This document shows positions 38,923-38,944 of a stretch of 38,944 nucleotides of DNA, one piece after another; positions within the stretch are counted from its first letter, which is position 1; every line of letters begins with the position of its first letter. Origin of the DNA: Vitrella brassicaformis CCMP3155. Taxonomy: Eukaryota; Protista; Chromerida. The position numbers were made by a program, and so were the translations under genes. The stretch spans positions 1 to 38,944 of the forward strand of contig CDMY01000631.1 in NCBI GenBank assembly GCA_001179505.1, given 5' to 3'. The notes beneath the pieces are model-generated. The model saw only the letters and a program-made list of their open reading frames with translations. It did no database searches and was not told the origin of the DNA.

Positions 38923-38944
38923 GTTCATTCATTCATTCATTCGA

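Overview
Intron-dense, GC-rich eukaryotic DNA with microsatellite-filled introns of about 60-150 nt. The style and gene content suggest an alveolate, most likely the chromerid Vitrella brassicaformis (inference). I assembled exons by hand into 11 genes whose strands alternate perfectly: TPK1(-), ERH(+), S1/P1 nuclease-like(-), RING-H2(+), lysyl-tRNA synthetase(-), PAN2(+), AKTIP/FTS-like UEV(-), SLC13 transporter(+), orphan(-), PITAIRE CDK(+), Kish/TMEM167 last exon(-). A defective CRE-like non-LTR retrotransposon sits at the TPK1 intron-1 acceptor and is flanked by an identical 249-bp duplication of host exons. Main hunt results: (1) the 8-mer TGCGAGCT occurs in all five short divergent promoters; (2) introns carry inverted microsatellites that could fold donor to acceptor, usually with (GT)nGCAG in place of a polypyrimidine tract; (3) at least five well-supported GC-AG introns; (4) a bipartite plastid-like leader on TPK1; (5) a membrane-anchored S1/P1 protein with three substituted zinc ligands; (6) a Kish exon with no AG acceptor. 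Five N-gaps of about 300 nt limit certainty. I saw no rRNA, tRNA or CRISPR. All assignments come from manual motif recognition; no searches were run.
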